A program made the position numbers and the translations under genes. The notes beneath the pieces were generated by a model. That model was given only the letters and a program-made list of their open reading frames with translations. It searched no databases and was not told the DNA's origin. A DNA stretch of 64,000 nt, taken from a virus. The DNA is taken from positions 1 through 64,000 of IMG/VR virus record IMGVR_UViG_3300033997_000141; one strand, given 5' to 3'. Positions 16,843-26,315 of the stretch are shown here, one piece after another (the stretch's first letter is position 1; every line of letters starts with the position of its first letter).

Positions 16843-17886
16843 ATGCCAGTAGTGCGCAGCTTTAACGATACTTCCTCGGTGTCTTTGGCATACGCTATCG
16901 ACAACCACATCGCTCGGTCGGATTTCACCACGACTCCGACCCCCTTCAAACTGGTGCCCTTCACCACCGAATCCTTCACCATGCAGAAGGAGGCGAAGCA
17001 GTCCACGGCGATCAAGGGCAACCGCCGCAGCTCCGGCTCGAAGAACACCAAGGGCAGTGCCAACGGTGGCCTGACGGTCGAGTTCGGTGCGAACCAGTTC
17101 TGCCTGGACTTCCTCCAGGCTGCCATGATGAACACCTGGACCGAGATCACTCCCGGCAAGCCGGCCGATGGCAAGTACATCACCGACGGTGAGCTGAAGA
17201 CCTACCTGGTCTGGGAAAAGACCGCGCGCCAGGGCCTGCTGGCGACTGACCGCCTGGACCACGAATGCTTCTACGGCACCGCGGTCAACGAAGCCACTGT
17301 CGAGTTCGGCGATGGCGAGCTGATCACCCTGGCCCTGGCCACCATCTCGGCCTTCGCCGACTACACCAACGCGCTGGCCGGTGCCAACGGCCTGGGTGGT
17401 TCGATCGCTTCGGCCAAGGCCGCGCCGACCGACTACGAGATCGCCGACAGCTCGAACAACCTGAAGAACATCAAGCTGTACGACGACACCGACACGCTGA
17501 TGGAAGTCACCTGGTCTGACGCTTCTCTGCAGATCCAGAACAACGTCCGTGAGCAGTCCGGCCTGTCGCACGAGTTCGCGGCCGGCATCGGTATCGGCAA
17601 GGTCGCTGCCACTCTGTCGGGCGAAATCTACTACTTCGACCAGGCCATGCTGCGCGCGCACATGACCAACAAGCGCATGAAGGCGGTGCTGAACATCAGC
17701 ACCGAGGAAGGGACCTTCAAGATCACCCTGCCGAACCTGATGGCGCAGACCCCGACCAGCAACGCCGAAGGCGAGAACGAGGACTACAAGACCTCGCTGA
17801 CCCTGACCGCTGAAGAAGGTGAAGTCGAGCTGGGCGGCGCGCCGAAGAAGTGCGTCATCGCCATCGAGTACGTCCCCGCGCCGTAA
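16843..17886 (+). CDS. major tail tube protein
   Basis: ~347 aa, S/T/G-rich, precedes the chaperones and tape measure. Confidence 0.85.
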   Translation: MPVVRSFNDTSSVSLAYAIDNHIARSDFTTTPTPFKLVPFTTESFTMQKEAKQSTAIKGNRRSSGSKNTKGSANGGLTVEFGANQFCLDFLQAAMMNTWTEITPGKPADGKYITDGELKTYLVWEKTARQGLLATDRLDHECFYGTAVNEATVEFGDGELITLALATISAFADYTNALAGANGLGGSIASAKAAPTDYEIADSSNNLKNIKLYDDTDTLMEVTWSDASLQIQNNVREQSGLSHEFAAGIGIGKVAATLSGEIYYFDQAMLRAHMTNKRMKAVLNISTEEGTFKITLPNLMAQTPTSNAEGENEDYKTSLTLTAEEGEVELGGAPKKCVIAIEYVPAP

Positions 17887-17954
17887 CCTGAAAAGTGCGC
17901 TGGTTACCGCCGATTCCCTGTGCTAGGGTGTCGGCGGTAACCACCTCTTTCAGG
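17887..17954 (+). promoter_or_regulatory. long stem-loop between tail tube and chaperone genes
   Basis: 13-bp IR TGGTTACCGCCGA/TCGGCGGTAACCA (17901-17943) plus outer CCTGAAA/TTTCAGG. Confidence 0.6.
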
Positions 17955-17965
17955 GACTGAATGAC

Positions 17966-18388
17966 ATGCTGAACCTCAAATCGCTCGAAACCGATCCCCA
18001 GCTGGCACGTCAAGGCGTGTGGATGGACTACATGGGGGGTCGTTTCCTCCTGGCCCGCAAGGGGCCTGAATACGACAAACGCCTGGTCGAGCTGTACAAC
18101 GAAAACCTGGACCTGATCAAGTCCAACACCCCGGAGGGCAACCTCCGCGCCATCGAAATCTACCAGGAAGCCTTCGCTGAGTGCGTATTGCTGGACTGGG
18201 ACAAGATCGTCGATGACCAACGTCAGCCGGTGGCCTACACCAAAGAGCTGGCGGTGGCGCTGATCAAGAACCCGCTGATGGCCGAGCTGGTGACCGAGTT
18301 GGAGCGCTTCAGCATCAACCACAGCAACTACCGCGTGCGCGTCGAGCAGGAAGTCGCTGAAGACGTAAAGAATTCTGCCGATTCCTGA
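17966..18388 (+). CDS. tail assembly chaperone (gpG-like)
   Basis: Between tail tube and tape measure; ends ...EDVKN near a slippery site. Confidence 0.85.
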   Translation: MLNLKSLETDPQLARQGVWMDYMGGRFLLARKGPEYDKRLVELYNENLDLIKSNTPEGNLRAIEIYQEAFAECVLLDWDKIVDDQRQPVAYTKELAVALIKNPLMAELVTELERFSINHSNYRVRVEQEVAEDVKNSADS

Positions 18389-18777
18389 TCACGCACGGCG
18401 AGAAGGGGATCGAGGCCTTTAAGGAACTCGAGGAGCGGTTTGGCAGGAAGCACCCCGCCATGGAGAAGTTCAGGGAACCGCTCCCTCCCTACCGATTTCT
18501 GGTCGAAGCCTTCTTCCGCCTTCACCGACGAAGGCAGTTCAGCCAGCACGGTTACCAGCCCCTCGCCTATCAGGAAATGGCCGACTTCGGCGAAAGGGTG
18601 TTGCGGCTGCACCCGAGTATGATGAGCCTGTACTACCGAGCCATGGAGGCAGCGGACAACGGCGTGCTGTATGATCACTTCCAGAAAAGCCAGGCCAAGA
18701 TGGAAGCGGCTGAAGCGGACTTGAAGAACAGGCGAGGCCCGCACAGGCCCAGACCAAGGAGAGGTGGCAAACGATGA
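18361..18777 (+). CDS. tail assembly chaperone gpT part, reached by -1 frameshift
   Basis: -1 frame is open from 18361 (KEFCRFLITHGEKG...FFRLHRRRQ...PLAYQEM). C GTA AAG at 18364-18370. Confidence 0.75.
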   Translation, partial: RRKEFCRFLITHGEKGIEAFKELEERFGRKHPAMEKFREPLPPYRFLVEAFFRLHRRRQFSQHGYQPLAYQEMADFGERVLRLHPSMMSLYYRAMEAADNGVLYDHFQKSQAKMEAAEADLKNRRGPHRPRPRRGGKR

Positions 18778-21700
18778 CCGAATTCGTTGTCGATTTCGGC
18801 AGGTCCGTCGAGGAGCTGACCAGGTTCCAGCTGGGCATGACGGCCCTGGGCAAGCAGATGGACAAGTTGGAGACCAACTCCAACAAATCGGCAACGGCGG
18901 CATCCAAGCTGTTCTCTCGGATGGAGTCCGAGTACAAGCGGCTCGAGGAGTCCCTGGCCAAGTCCGGGGTAGACGTCGAGAAGCTGGGCTCGGTGATGGA
19001 GCGCGTGCGCGGAGAGACGGCCAAGCTGATGTCTGGCGTGGCCGCTGCCAACCTCCGCGCCACCGCGGCTACCCAGGCCTACAACGGCGAGCTGGCCGAG
19101 CTGCAGCGCCTGATGCAGGACACCGCGTCGAAGAACGCCTTCGTCGCGTCCCAGCAGCGCATCGCGCAAACCAACCAGACCCTGATCAACCAGAACAACG
19201 AGCTGCGGGCGAAGATCGGTGCGCGGGACAGCGCAGAGGCGAAGCTCAACGCGGCGCTGAAGCAGCAGCTGTCGTACCTGGAAAGACTGTCCACTGAACA
19301 ACAGCGCGCCGCCCAGGCTTACGCCACTGCCGAGCGCCAGCTGCAGAGCCTGAACGGTGAGCAGGCCCAGGACACCGAGATCCTCAAGTCGATGATCGCT
19401 GGCCGCAAGCAGCAGATCACCGAGAACACCCGCCTCGACTACAGCCTCCAGCAACTCGAACGCACCATGCGCGGCCTCAACGGCGGCACGCAGGAGCAGA
19501 TCGAGCTGGCGCGCGTGGCGGTCAACGCCAAGAAGGCCGAGGTCACGGAGACGGCCCGCGAAGACGCGCAGCTGAAGCAGCTGCAGCGCACGCTGACTAG
19601 CCTGAGCGGCGGCCGGCAGGAGGAGATCGCCCGCGTCCAGGCGCAGATCACCGCCCGGCGCCGCGCCATCAGCGAAGCCTCCTCCGAGAAGAAGGTGGTT
19701 GATGAGCTGGCCGCGGCGATCGCCCGGGAAGAGTCGGCGCTGGTGCGCCTGCAAGCGCAGGCCCAGCTGTCGAGCACGTCGCACGGCCAGCGCATCGCGC
19801 AGCTGAAGTCCCAGATCGCGGAGCAGACCAGGTACAACCAGCTCCTGGCCATGTCCACCGCCAGCCTCCTGGGGCTGAGCAACGGCCAGCGCCGCGTCAA
19901 CGTCTCCCAGGAGCTGGGCTCCCAGGCGGCAGCCATGCTGCGCGCCGGCCTCACCGGCCTGCACGCCAGCGTCGGCATGTACACCAGCGCCACCGTGCTG
20001 GCGGCCACGGCCACTTACGGCATCAGTGCGGCGCTGCGTGACTCGGTGATCACCGGTGCCGAGTTCTCGGCCACCATGTCCCGCACCGAAGCGATCATGT
20101 CCAGCGTCCCGTCGTGGATGAAGGACAGCTCGATGGCGACCAAGGCCATGGAGATGCAGGTCCGGGCGCTGGGCCAGACCACGGTGTTCACCGCGTCCGA
20201 AGTGGGCGAGGGCCTGCAACAACTGGGTATGGCGGGCTTCAACTCCAGCCAGGCCATGCAGGCGCTGCCGGGTACCCTCACGCTGGCCAACCTGGCCAAC
20301 GTCAGCATGGCGCGCTCGGCCGACATTGCCACGAACGTCCTGATGACGTTCAACATGCAGGCCAAGGATCTCACCGGCGTAGTGGACCTGATGGCCACGG
20401 CGGTGAACAACTCCAACACCGACATCGAGCAGCTGGCCAACGCGCTGTCCTATGCGGGCCCTGCGGCCCAGACTGCGGGCATCTCGCTGAAGGACACCGT
20501 CGCTGCGATCGAGGCCTTGGCCAACTCGGGCATCAAGGGCAGCCGGGCCGGCTCGGCGCTGCGCCGTCTGTTCGTCAGCCTGCTGAACCCGACCAAGAAG
20601 GGTTCCGAGGTCATCCGCAAGTACGGCCTGGACATCGTCGATGCCGAGGGCAAGACCCGCAGCCTGACCAACATCATCGGACAGCTCAGCCGCGCGCTGA
20701 AGGACGTACCGGGTCCCGAGCGACTGGCTGCGATCCAGGACTTGGTCGGCGTGTACGCTACCTCGCCGATCGCGGCCCTGGTGGACCAGGCCGACAACTT
20801 CCAGAAGTTCCGCAACCAGAACGAGAACACGGCCGGCGCGGGCAAACGGATGGAGGAGATCATCTCCGACAACCTCAAGTTCGACTGGAAGGAGATGCTG
20901 TCGGCGCTCGAGGAAGTCCAACTCCAGGCCTTCGACTCGATGGGCATGAAGCTGCGCGAGGTCACGGCCGGCTTGACCGTGTCGATCCTCAACCTGATGG
21001 AGCCGGTGAAGACCATCAATGACGTGGACATCACGGGCCTCGACCAGCTGATGGCCCGTGCGCAGACAGCTGCCGAGTCCATCGCCTACCTGGTCGGCGG
21101 CATCGTGGCTTACAAGTTCGCCACCGGCAGCGTGTTCCAGGCGCTCGCGGCGGACGCTGCTGGCGCTTCCACGCGCCTGGGTATCCTGTCGCAGCGCGCG
21201 CAGGTGACGTCGGCCGGCATGATGATGATGAGCACGTCGGCCAACACCGCCCGCACCAGCATGGACTTCATGACGGCGGCCGGCGGCCGGGCGGCGGGGG
21301 CCTTGGGAGGCATGGCCACGGCCGGCGCAGTGGCTGCTGGAGCGCTGAGCAAGTTGGCCACCGGCATGGGCCTGCTGATGCGGGGCCTGGGCTGGGTAGG
21401 CCTGATCTACGGCATCGGCTCCGCACTCTATGAGGTGTTCAGCACCGACACCGACCAGAAGGTCCTCGACCACAAATCCTCGGTGGACGACGTCAAGAGC
21501 AGCTACGAGGAGCTGAAGCAGCAGATAGAGGAAACGGGGCTGGCGCGCCAGCGCGCCGCGGCCAAGCTGAACATCAAGGCCCAGCAGGCGTCGGTGGACC
21601 AGCTGCAGGGACAGATCCTCACTCGCCGCAACCAGATCAACCAGGCCGAGCAGCTGGGCCTGAGCCCTGACGCTATCAAGGTGCTGAAGACGGACCTGGC

Positions 21701-23909
21701 CAACCTCGAAGGCCAAGTCGGCGAGTACCAGACCCGCGTGGCTGATGCCAAGGAGCAGCTGTCGGCGCTGGGCACCACCACCGTCGATTACACCAGCGCG
21801 GTGGACGAGCAGGGCAAGGCCCTCAGCGAGGTTATTTCGCTGACCAACCAGCTGACCCTGGCGCAGGCCAACCTGGCGGCCACCTCGCGCACTGGGATCA
21901 ACAACCTGAAGGGCCAGTCCAACGTCGGGCGCCTGCAGGCCGAGCTGGATCTGGCCCGGTCACGCTTCGACTCAGCCGGCCGCAGCGTGGTGCAGGTCCA
22001 GAACAATGCCCCCACGGTGGCCTCCCTGTTCGACAAGTTCGATCAGGACGCGCAGGCACAAGCCGAGGAGGCTGCCTACAAGAAGACCGCCACGGTCAGC
22101 CAGAAGCTGCTGGACCTCGACGTCAAGCGCAACGAGGAGCTGGCCGAGCGGGCCCGCCTGGTCAAACAGGACGAGGAGGCCCGCGCGCGCGGCGGCGATG
22201 GCCCAGGCCTGCAGATCATCGAGGCGAGCAACAAACGCCTGCTGGGCATCGACAAGGAGCGCCTGGAGCTTCAGGCCAAGCAGGCCGACCAGCAGCAACA
22301 GCTGCACCTCGCCCAGGAGTCCGCCGCCGCTGCCAGCCGCAGCGATTCGGAGAACCAGGCCGCCTTGAAGGAGCGCCTGGTTTCGCTCGACCGAGACCTG
22401 GCCAAGGAACAGTCGCCGGAGGCGGGCAAGGCGGTGGACCTGGAGCGGGTTACCCAGCTGTACCGCGAGCAAGCGCAGGTCCGCCAGCAGCTCGGTGCCA
22501 TCGAGAAGCGTGAGGGTCGCTCCAGCCGCAAGGAGACCTCCGACTCCACCCGCGAGCTGGAGCAGGCTCAGCGGGCCTACGACACCCTGGCCAAGAAGGT
22601 GGACCCGGTAACGTCTGCCCAGCGCGAGCTGGAGAAGGCCACCAGGGCCATGAACCTGCTGCGCCAGGAAGGCCGTATCACCATGGCCCAAGAGGGCAAG
22701 GCCCTCGGTGAGCTGAACCTGCAGTATTACGAGGCCGTGAAGGCAGCGGACAAGAACTACGCGGCCCTGATGCGCGTGCGCCAGGCCTATGCTAACCCTC
22801 CGTTCAGCGCGGGTGTGGAAGACCTGGCCGTGATGAACGCGGCCCTGAACCGCGGCGCGGTGTCGCTGAAGGAATACTCGGACACCTACTACCAGATCCT
22901 GAAAAAGCAGAAGGAAGAAGCCACGTCCGGGCTGCCGAAGGCAAACTTGCAGGTGGGCCTGGCCTCCAGCTCTCCCTTCACTGACTGGGTGTCCACCGAG
23001 ATCGAGCGGGCCCAGGGCCTCAAGCAGTTCGAGGAGCGGCAGAAGGAGCTGGAGATCGCAGAAGGGCTCCAGAACGCGGCCAATGACCGTGAGCTGCAGG
23101 CCCAGATCGAGCAGCTGAACGCCAAAAAACTGAACGCCGAGACCCACGCCCAGGAGATGCTGGAGATCGAGGGGCGCTACAACGAAAACAAGCTGGCGAT
23201 CATCCAGTCCGCCGGCCAGCGGCAGAACGCGGTCAGCGTGCAGATGGCCCAGTACGCCGAGCAGATGAACACGATGGCGCTGGCGGCGGCCATGGGCAGC
23301 GTCAGCAACATCCTCGGGATGTTCGCCAGCGTGGGCGAAGAAGCCACCAGGGCGCAGAAGGCTGCGTTCATCGCCCAGAAGGCGATCGCCGTGGCGCAGA
23401 TCATCATGTTCACCGAGTTGGGCGCCGCGCAGGCCATCGGTATCGCGGGCCCGTTTGGTATCCCGCTGGCCACCTTCATTCGCGCCACGGGCTACGCGAA
23501 CGCGGGCCTGGTGGCTGCACTGGCCATTGGCGACATCGCCACCGGTGGCCGGGTGTCCACCGCCAGCAAGGGCACAGGCGGCGGGGCCCAGATGTACGAC
23601 ACGGGCGGCTTCATCCCCTACAACCGCACCGGCATCGTCGGGGAGTATGGCCCGGAGCTGGTGACAGGGCCTGCCCATGTGCGCGGGCGCGGCGCCACCA
23701 AGTCCACCATGGGCGGCGGGGGCGGGGGCGATACCTACAACATCACGCTGGCGCCTCAGATCACCGTTGAAGGCGGGGGTGCCACAGCCACGGAGTCGGA
23801 CGGCAAGCAGGTCGCCCAGACCATCAAGGTGGTGACAATGAACACGCTGCAGGAAGCCATCCGGCCACAAGGCCTGCTGGACACATGGATTCGGTCGAGG
23901 AAGGGATAA
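18774..23909 (+). CDS. tape measure protein, 1711 aa
   Basis: TP901-type core (ALGQTTVFTASEVGEGL, GIKGSRAGSALR), long A/Q/L-rich helices. Confidence 0.96.
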   Translation: MTEFVVDFGRSVEELTRFQLGMTALGKQMDKLETNSNKSATAASKLFSRMESEYKRLEESLAKSGVDVEKLGSVMERVRGETAKLMSGVAAANLRATAATQAYNGELAELQRLMQDTASKNAFVASQQRIAQTNQTLINQNNELRAKIGARDSAEAKLNAALKQQLSYLERLSTEQQRAAQAYATAERQLQSLNGEQAQDTEILKSMIAGRKQQITENTRLDYSLQQLERTMRGLNGGTQEQIELARVAVNAKKAEVTETAREDAQLKQLQRTLTSLSGGRQEEIARVQAQITARRRAISEASSEKKVVDELAAAIAREESALVRLQAQAQLSSTSHGQRIAQLKSQIAEQTRYNQLLAMSTASLLGLSNGQRRVNVSQELGSQAAAMLRAGLTGLHASVGMYTSATVLAATATYGISAALRDSVITGAEFSATMSRTEAIMSSVPSWMKDSSMATKAMEMQVRALGQTTVFTASEVGEGLQQLGMAGFNSSQAMQALPGTLTLANLANVSMARSADIATNVLMTFNMQAKDLTGVVDLMATAVNNSNTDIEQLANALSYAGPAAQTAGISLKDTVAAIEALANSGIKGSRAGSALRRLFVSLLNPTKKGSEVIRKYGLDIVDAEGKTRSLTNIIGQLSRALKDVPGPERLAAIQDLVGVYATSPIAALVDQADNFQKFRNQNENTAGAGKRMEEIISDNLKFDWKEMLSALEEVQLQAFDSMGMKLREVTAGLTVSILNLMEPVKTINDVDITGLDQLMARAQTAAESIAYLVGGIVAYKFATGSVFQALAADAAGASTRLGILSQRAQVTSAGMMMMSTSANTARTSMDFMTAAGGRAAGALGGMATAGAVAAGALSKLATGMGLLMRGLGWVGLIYGIGSALYEVFSTDTDQKVLDHKSSVDDVKSSYEELKQQIEETGLARQRAAAKLNIKAQQASVDQLQGQILTRRNQINQAEQLGLSPDAIKVLKTDLANLEGQVGEYQTRVADAKEQLSALGTTTVDYTSAVDEQGKALSEVISLTNQLTLAQANLAATSRTGINNLKGQSNVGRLQAELDLARSRFDSAGRSVVQVQNNAPTVASLFDKFDQDAQAQAEEAAYKKTATVSQKLLDLDVKRNEELAERARLVKQDEEARARGGDGPGLQIIEASNKRLLGIDKERLELQAKQADQQQQLHLAQESAAAASRSDSENQAALKERLVSLDRDLAKEQSPEAGKAVDLERVTQLYREQAQVRQQLGAIEKREGRSSRKETSDSTRELEQAQRAYDTLAKKVDPVTSAQRELEKATRAMNLLRQEGRITMAQEGKALGELNLQYYEAVKAADKNYAALMRVRQAYANPPFSAGVEDLAVMNAALNRGAVSLKEYSDTYYQILKKQKEEATSGLPKANLQVGLASSSPFTDWVSTEIERAQGLKQFEERQKELEIAEGLQNAANDRELQAQIEQLNAKKLNAETHAQEMLEIEGRYNENKLAIIQSAGQRQNAVSVQMAQYAEQMNTMALAAAMGSVSNILGMFASVGEEATRAQKAAFIAQKAIAVAQIIMFTELGAAQAIGIAGPFGIPLATFIRATGYANAGLVAALAIGDIATGGRVSTASKGTGGGAQMYDTGGFIPYNRTGIVGEYGPELVTGPAHVRGRGATKSTMGGGGGGDTYNITLAPQITVEGGGATATESDGKQVAQTIKVVTMNTLQEAIRPQGLLDTWIRSRKG

Positions 23910-24271
23910 TGGCAGACGTCTTTCCACCGGTGGGCCTGGACCTGGGTACACCGGACTGGGGGTTCAAGGAGAGCCCCGACGCTGAGGTCGAAGTGAGTAA
24001 GCTGGGGGATGGCTACGAGTCACGGGAGCTGATTGGCCTGAACCCCATCAAGAAGACCTACGAACCGGTGTGGTCGTACCTCACCGAGGAAGTCGCCCAG
24101 GCCGCCTACGACTTCATCACCGCGCGCCTGAAGTGGAAGGCGGTGCTGTGGACGCACCCGGTCACGGGCGTCGTGCTGAAGGTCGTGCCGCTGGCGGTGG
24201 ACATCACCTACGACACGTTCGACAACGCGGTGCTGAACATCACCTTCAAGACCGACCACAACCCGGGGTAA
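23909..24271 (+). CDS. minor tail protein, lambda gpM-like
   Basis: LGDGYE..GLNP..WTHP motifs. Confidence 0.85.
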   Translation: MADVFPPVGLDLGTPDWGFKESPDAEVEVSKLGDGYESRELIGLNPIKKTYEPVWSYLTEEVAQAAYDFITARLKWKAVLWTHPVTGVVLKVVPLAVDITYDTFDNAVLNITFKTDHNPG

Positions 24272-24274
24272 GCC

Positions 24275-24988
24275 ATGGAACTCATCGCCACGGACGCGCA
24301 GCAGCTCAGCAAGGAACCCAGGGTCACCCTTTACGAGATCGACATCCGCAGCACGGGTCAGGACGCCGTGCTGCGGTTCACCCCCGTCGTGGACGGCCAG
24401 GAGAGCTGGCCGATCCAGTTCGGCGGCAACGTCTATCAGCGGCTGAGCATCGTGGCCGAGGGCTTCGAGTGGAACGGCACAGGTACGGCGCCGCGCCCAA
24501 CCCTCACGCTGCTGGCGAAGGACTTGGCGTTCCTCAGCCTGGTGGTGAACAGCAACGACTTGGTGGGCTGCCCGGTACGCCGCATTCGCACCTACCGCAA
24601 GTATCTGGACGACGGGTCTTCGCCGGACCCCTCCGCCCACTACCCCATCGACAACTTCAAGGTGGAGCGCAAGTCGAAGCAGGTCCGCAAGGAGCTGACC
24701 TTCGAGCTGTCAACCCCTCTCGATCAGCAGGGCAAAAAGATCCCCGCCCGCCAGGTGCTGCGTGACACCTGCTCGCACAGGTTCCGGTACTGGGCCAACG
24801 GCCAGTGGAACTACCAGGGCGTGACCTGCCCATACGCGGGCGCGGCCATGTACGACCAGGCCGGCAACCCAACCACGGACCCGCTGAAGGCCCGTTGCGG
24901 CAAGAAAATATCAGACTGTGTGGTGCATTTCGGAGAGGACGCTGTTCTGCCTATGTTTGCGTTCCCAGGGGTAGGCCGGGTATCGTAG
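24275..24988 (+). CDS. minor tail protein, lambda gpL-like
   Basis: GFEWNG..PRPTL, RTYRKYLD, C-terminal Cys cluster, FPG. Confidence 0.92.
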   Translation: MELIATDAQQLSKEPRVTLYEIDIRSTGQDAVLRFTPVVDGQESWPIQFGGNVYQRLSIVAEGFEWNGTGTAPRPTLTLLAKDLAFLSLVVNSNDLVGCPVRRIRTYRKYLDDGSSPDPSAHYPIDNFKVERKSKQVRKELTFELSTPLDQQGKKIPARQVLRDTCSHRFRYWANGQWNYQGVTCPYAGAAMYDQAGNPTTDPLKARCGKKISDCVVHFGEDAVLPMFAFPGVGRVS

Positions 24989-25011
24989 CGATCAGCGCAG
25001 AGAGGGATATC

Positions 25012-25749
25012 ATGCTGCAACTACATAGGGAACATGTTGAGCAGATCCGCGCAGAAGCGAAGGACTGCTACCCCGAGGAAGGGGTCTGGCTGATCACCGA
25101 AAAAGGGTGCCGCCAAGTCGCCAATATTCACCCCGATCCCGAGGGGTATTTCGACGTTTCCGCAGCGGACGTCACCCGTGCCCGTAAGGAAGGACTGCTG
25201 GCCATCGTCCACAGCCACACTAACGGACTGCACTACCCCTCTGTTGCCGACATGCAGTCTCAGATCAATACGGACGTGCCGTGGGGCTTGCTGATCACCG
25301 ATGGAGAGGACTCGTCGTGGATCCGCTGGTGGGGAGGGAAAACCCCAGACCAGGTAGAGGATCTACTGGACCGCACGTTCTGCCACGCCACAGCTGACTG
25401 CTATGCCCTGGTGCGCGACTACTACCTGGTGAACTTCGGCATCCGACTCAAGGAGTTCCCGCGCGGCTGGCGCTGGTGGGATGACCAGAACCTGCTTGCC
25501 GAAGGCTTCGGGCCCGCCGGTTTCTCGGTGGTGAAGGACCAGCCGCGCGCGGGTGATGTCTGGTTGGCCAGTTTCAGCAGCAAGACCCAGACCGTGAACC
25601 ATTGCGGAGTGCTGCTGGACAACAACCTGACGCACCACCACCCCGGCGCGGGCACCCCGATCAACGCTACGAAAAAGGCCGTCATCGAACCAATTTTCCG
25701 CTACCTGCCGCACATCCAGCTGTGGGTTCGCCATAAGGACTTGGCATGA
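25012..25749 (+). CDS. tail assembly protein gpK-like (JAB + NlpC/P60)
   Basis: HSH..PSxxD JAB motif; DCYALVRDYY and NHCGV NlpC motifs. Confidence 0.92.
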   Translation: MLQLHREHVEQIRAEAKDCYPEEGVWLITEKGCRQVANIHPDPEGYFDVSAADVTRARKEGLLAIVHSHTNGLHYPSVADMQSQINTDVPWGLLITDGEDSSWIRWWGGKTPDQVEDLLDRTFCHATADCYALVRDYYLVNFGIRLKEFPRGWRWWDDQNLLAEGFGPAGFSVVKDQPRAGDVWLASFSSKTQTVNHCGVLLDNNLTHHHPGAGTPINATKKAVIEPIFRYLPHIQLWVRHKDLA

Positions 25750-26315
25750 AGACTCTCTATCTCCACGGGTACCCTGAAACCAAGTTCGGTGGGCCCTTCA
25801 CCCTGGACGTGGCATCTCCACGCGAAGCGATGATGGCTCTGGCCATGCAGCTAGATGGGTTCGCCGAGATGATCCGCGACGGCGCCTGGCACATCCTGCG
25901 CGGCCCCCTCGAGGCTGGTGACGACGATGACGCCGAGCGCCTGGACATGGAGCTGGGCGGTGTCGAGGAGATCCACCTGATGCCGGCGATCACCGGTGCC
26001 GGTAACGGGGGTGTGTTCTCGATCATCCTCGGGATCGCTGCCATCATCGCGGCCCCTTTCACCGGCGGCTGGTCGCTCGGCTTCTACGCGGCCGGCGCCG
26101 GCCTCATCGTTGGCGGTCTGATCCAGATGAGCATCAAGATGCCCGGAGCAGACACCAACACCGAGTCCACTGACGACCGAGCCTCGTTCCTCTTCAACGG
26201 TCCCCGCAACCAGTCCACCCAGGGTGTTGCCATCCCTCGCGGCTACGGCCGCGCGCGCGTAGGCAGCATCGTGATCAGCGCTGGGCTCTATGCGGAGGAC
26301 GTGACCAGTGGCTGA
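25746..26315 (+). CDS. tail assembly protein gpI-like
   Basis: Ubiquitin-like N-terminus; SFLFNG..QG..P.GYG..VGS..IS. Confidence 0.92.
   Translation: MKTLYLHGYPETKFGGPFTLDVASPREAMMALAMQLDGFAEMIRDGAWHILRGPLEAGDDDDAERLDMELGGVEEIHLMPAITGAGNGGVFSIILGIAAIIAAPFTGGWSLGFYAAGAGLIVGGLIQMSIKMPGADTNTESTDDRASFLFNGPRNQSTQGVAIPRGYGRARVGSIVISAGLYAEDVTSG

Noticed and set aside
23711-23730. G-rich run near the tape-measure 3' end as a contingency tract
   Set aside because: Interrupted runs of at most G5 encoding an in-frame Gly linker.
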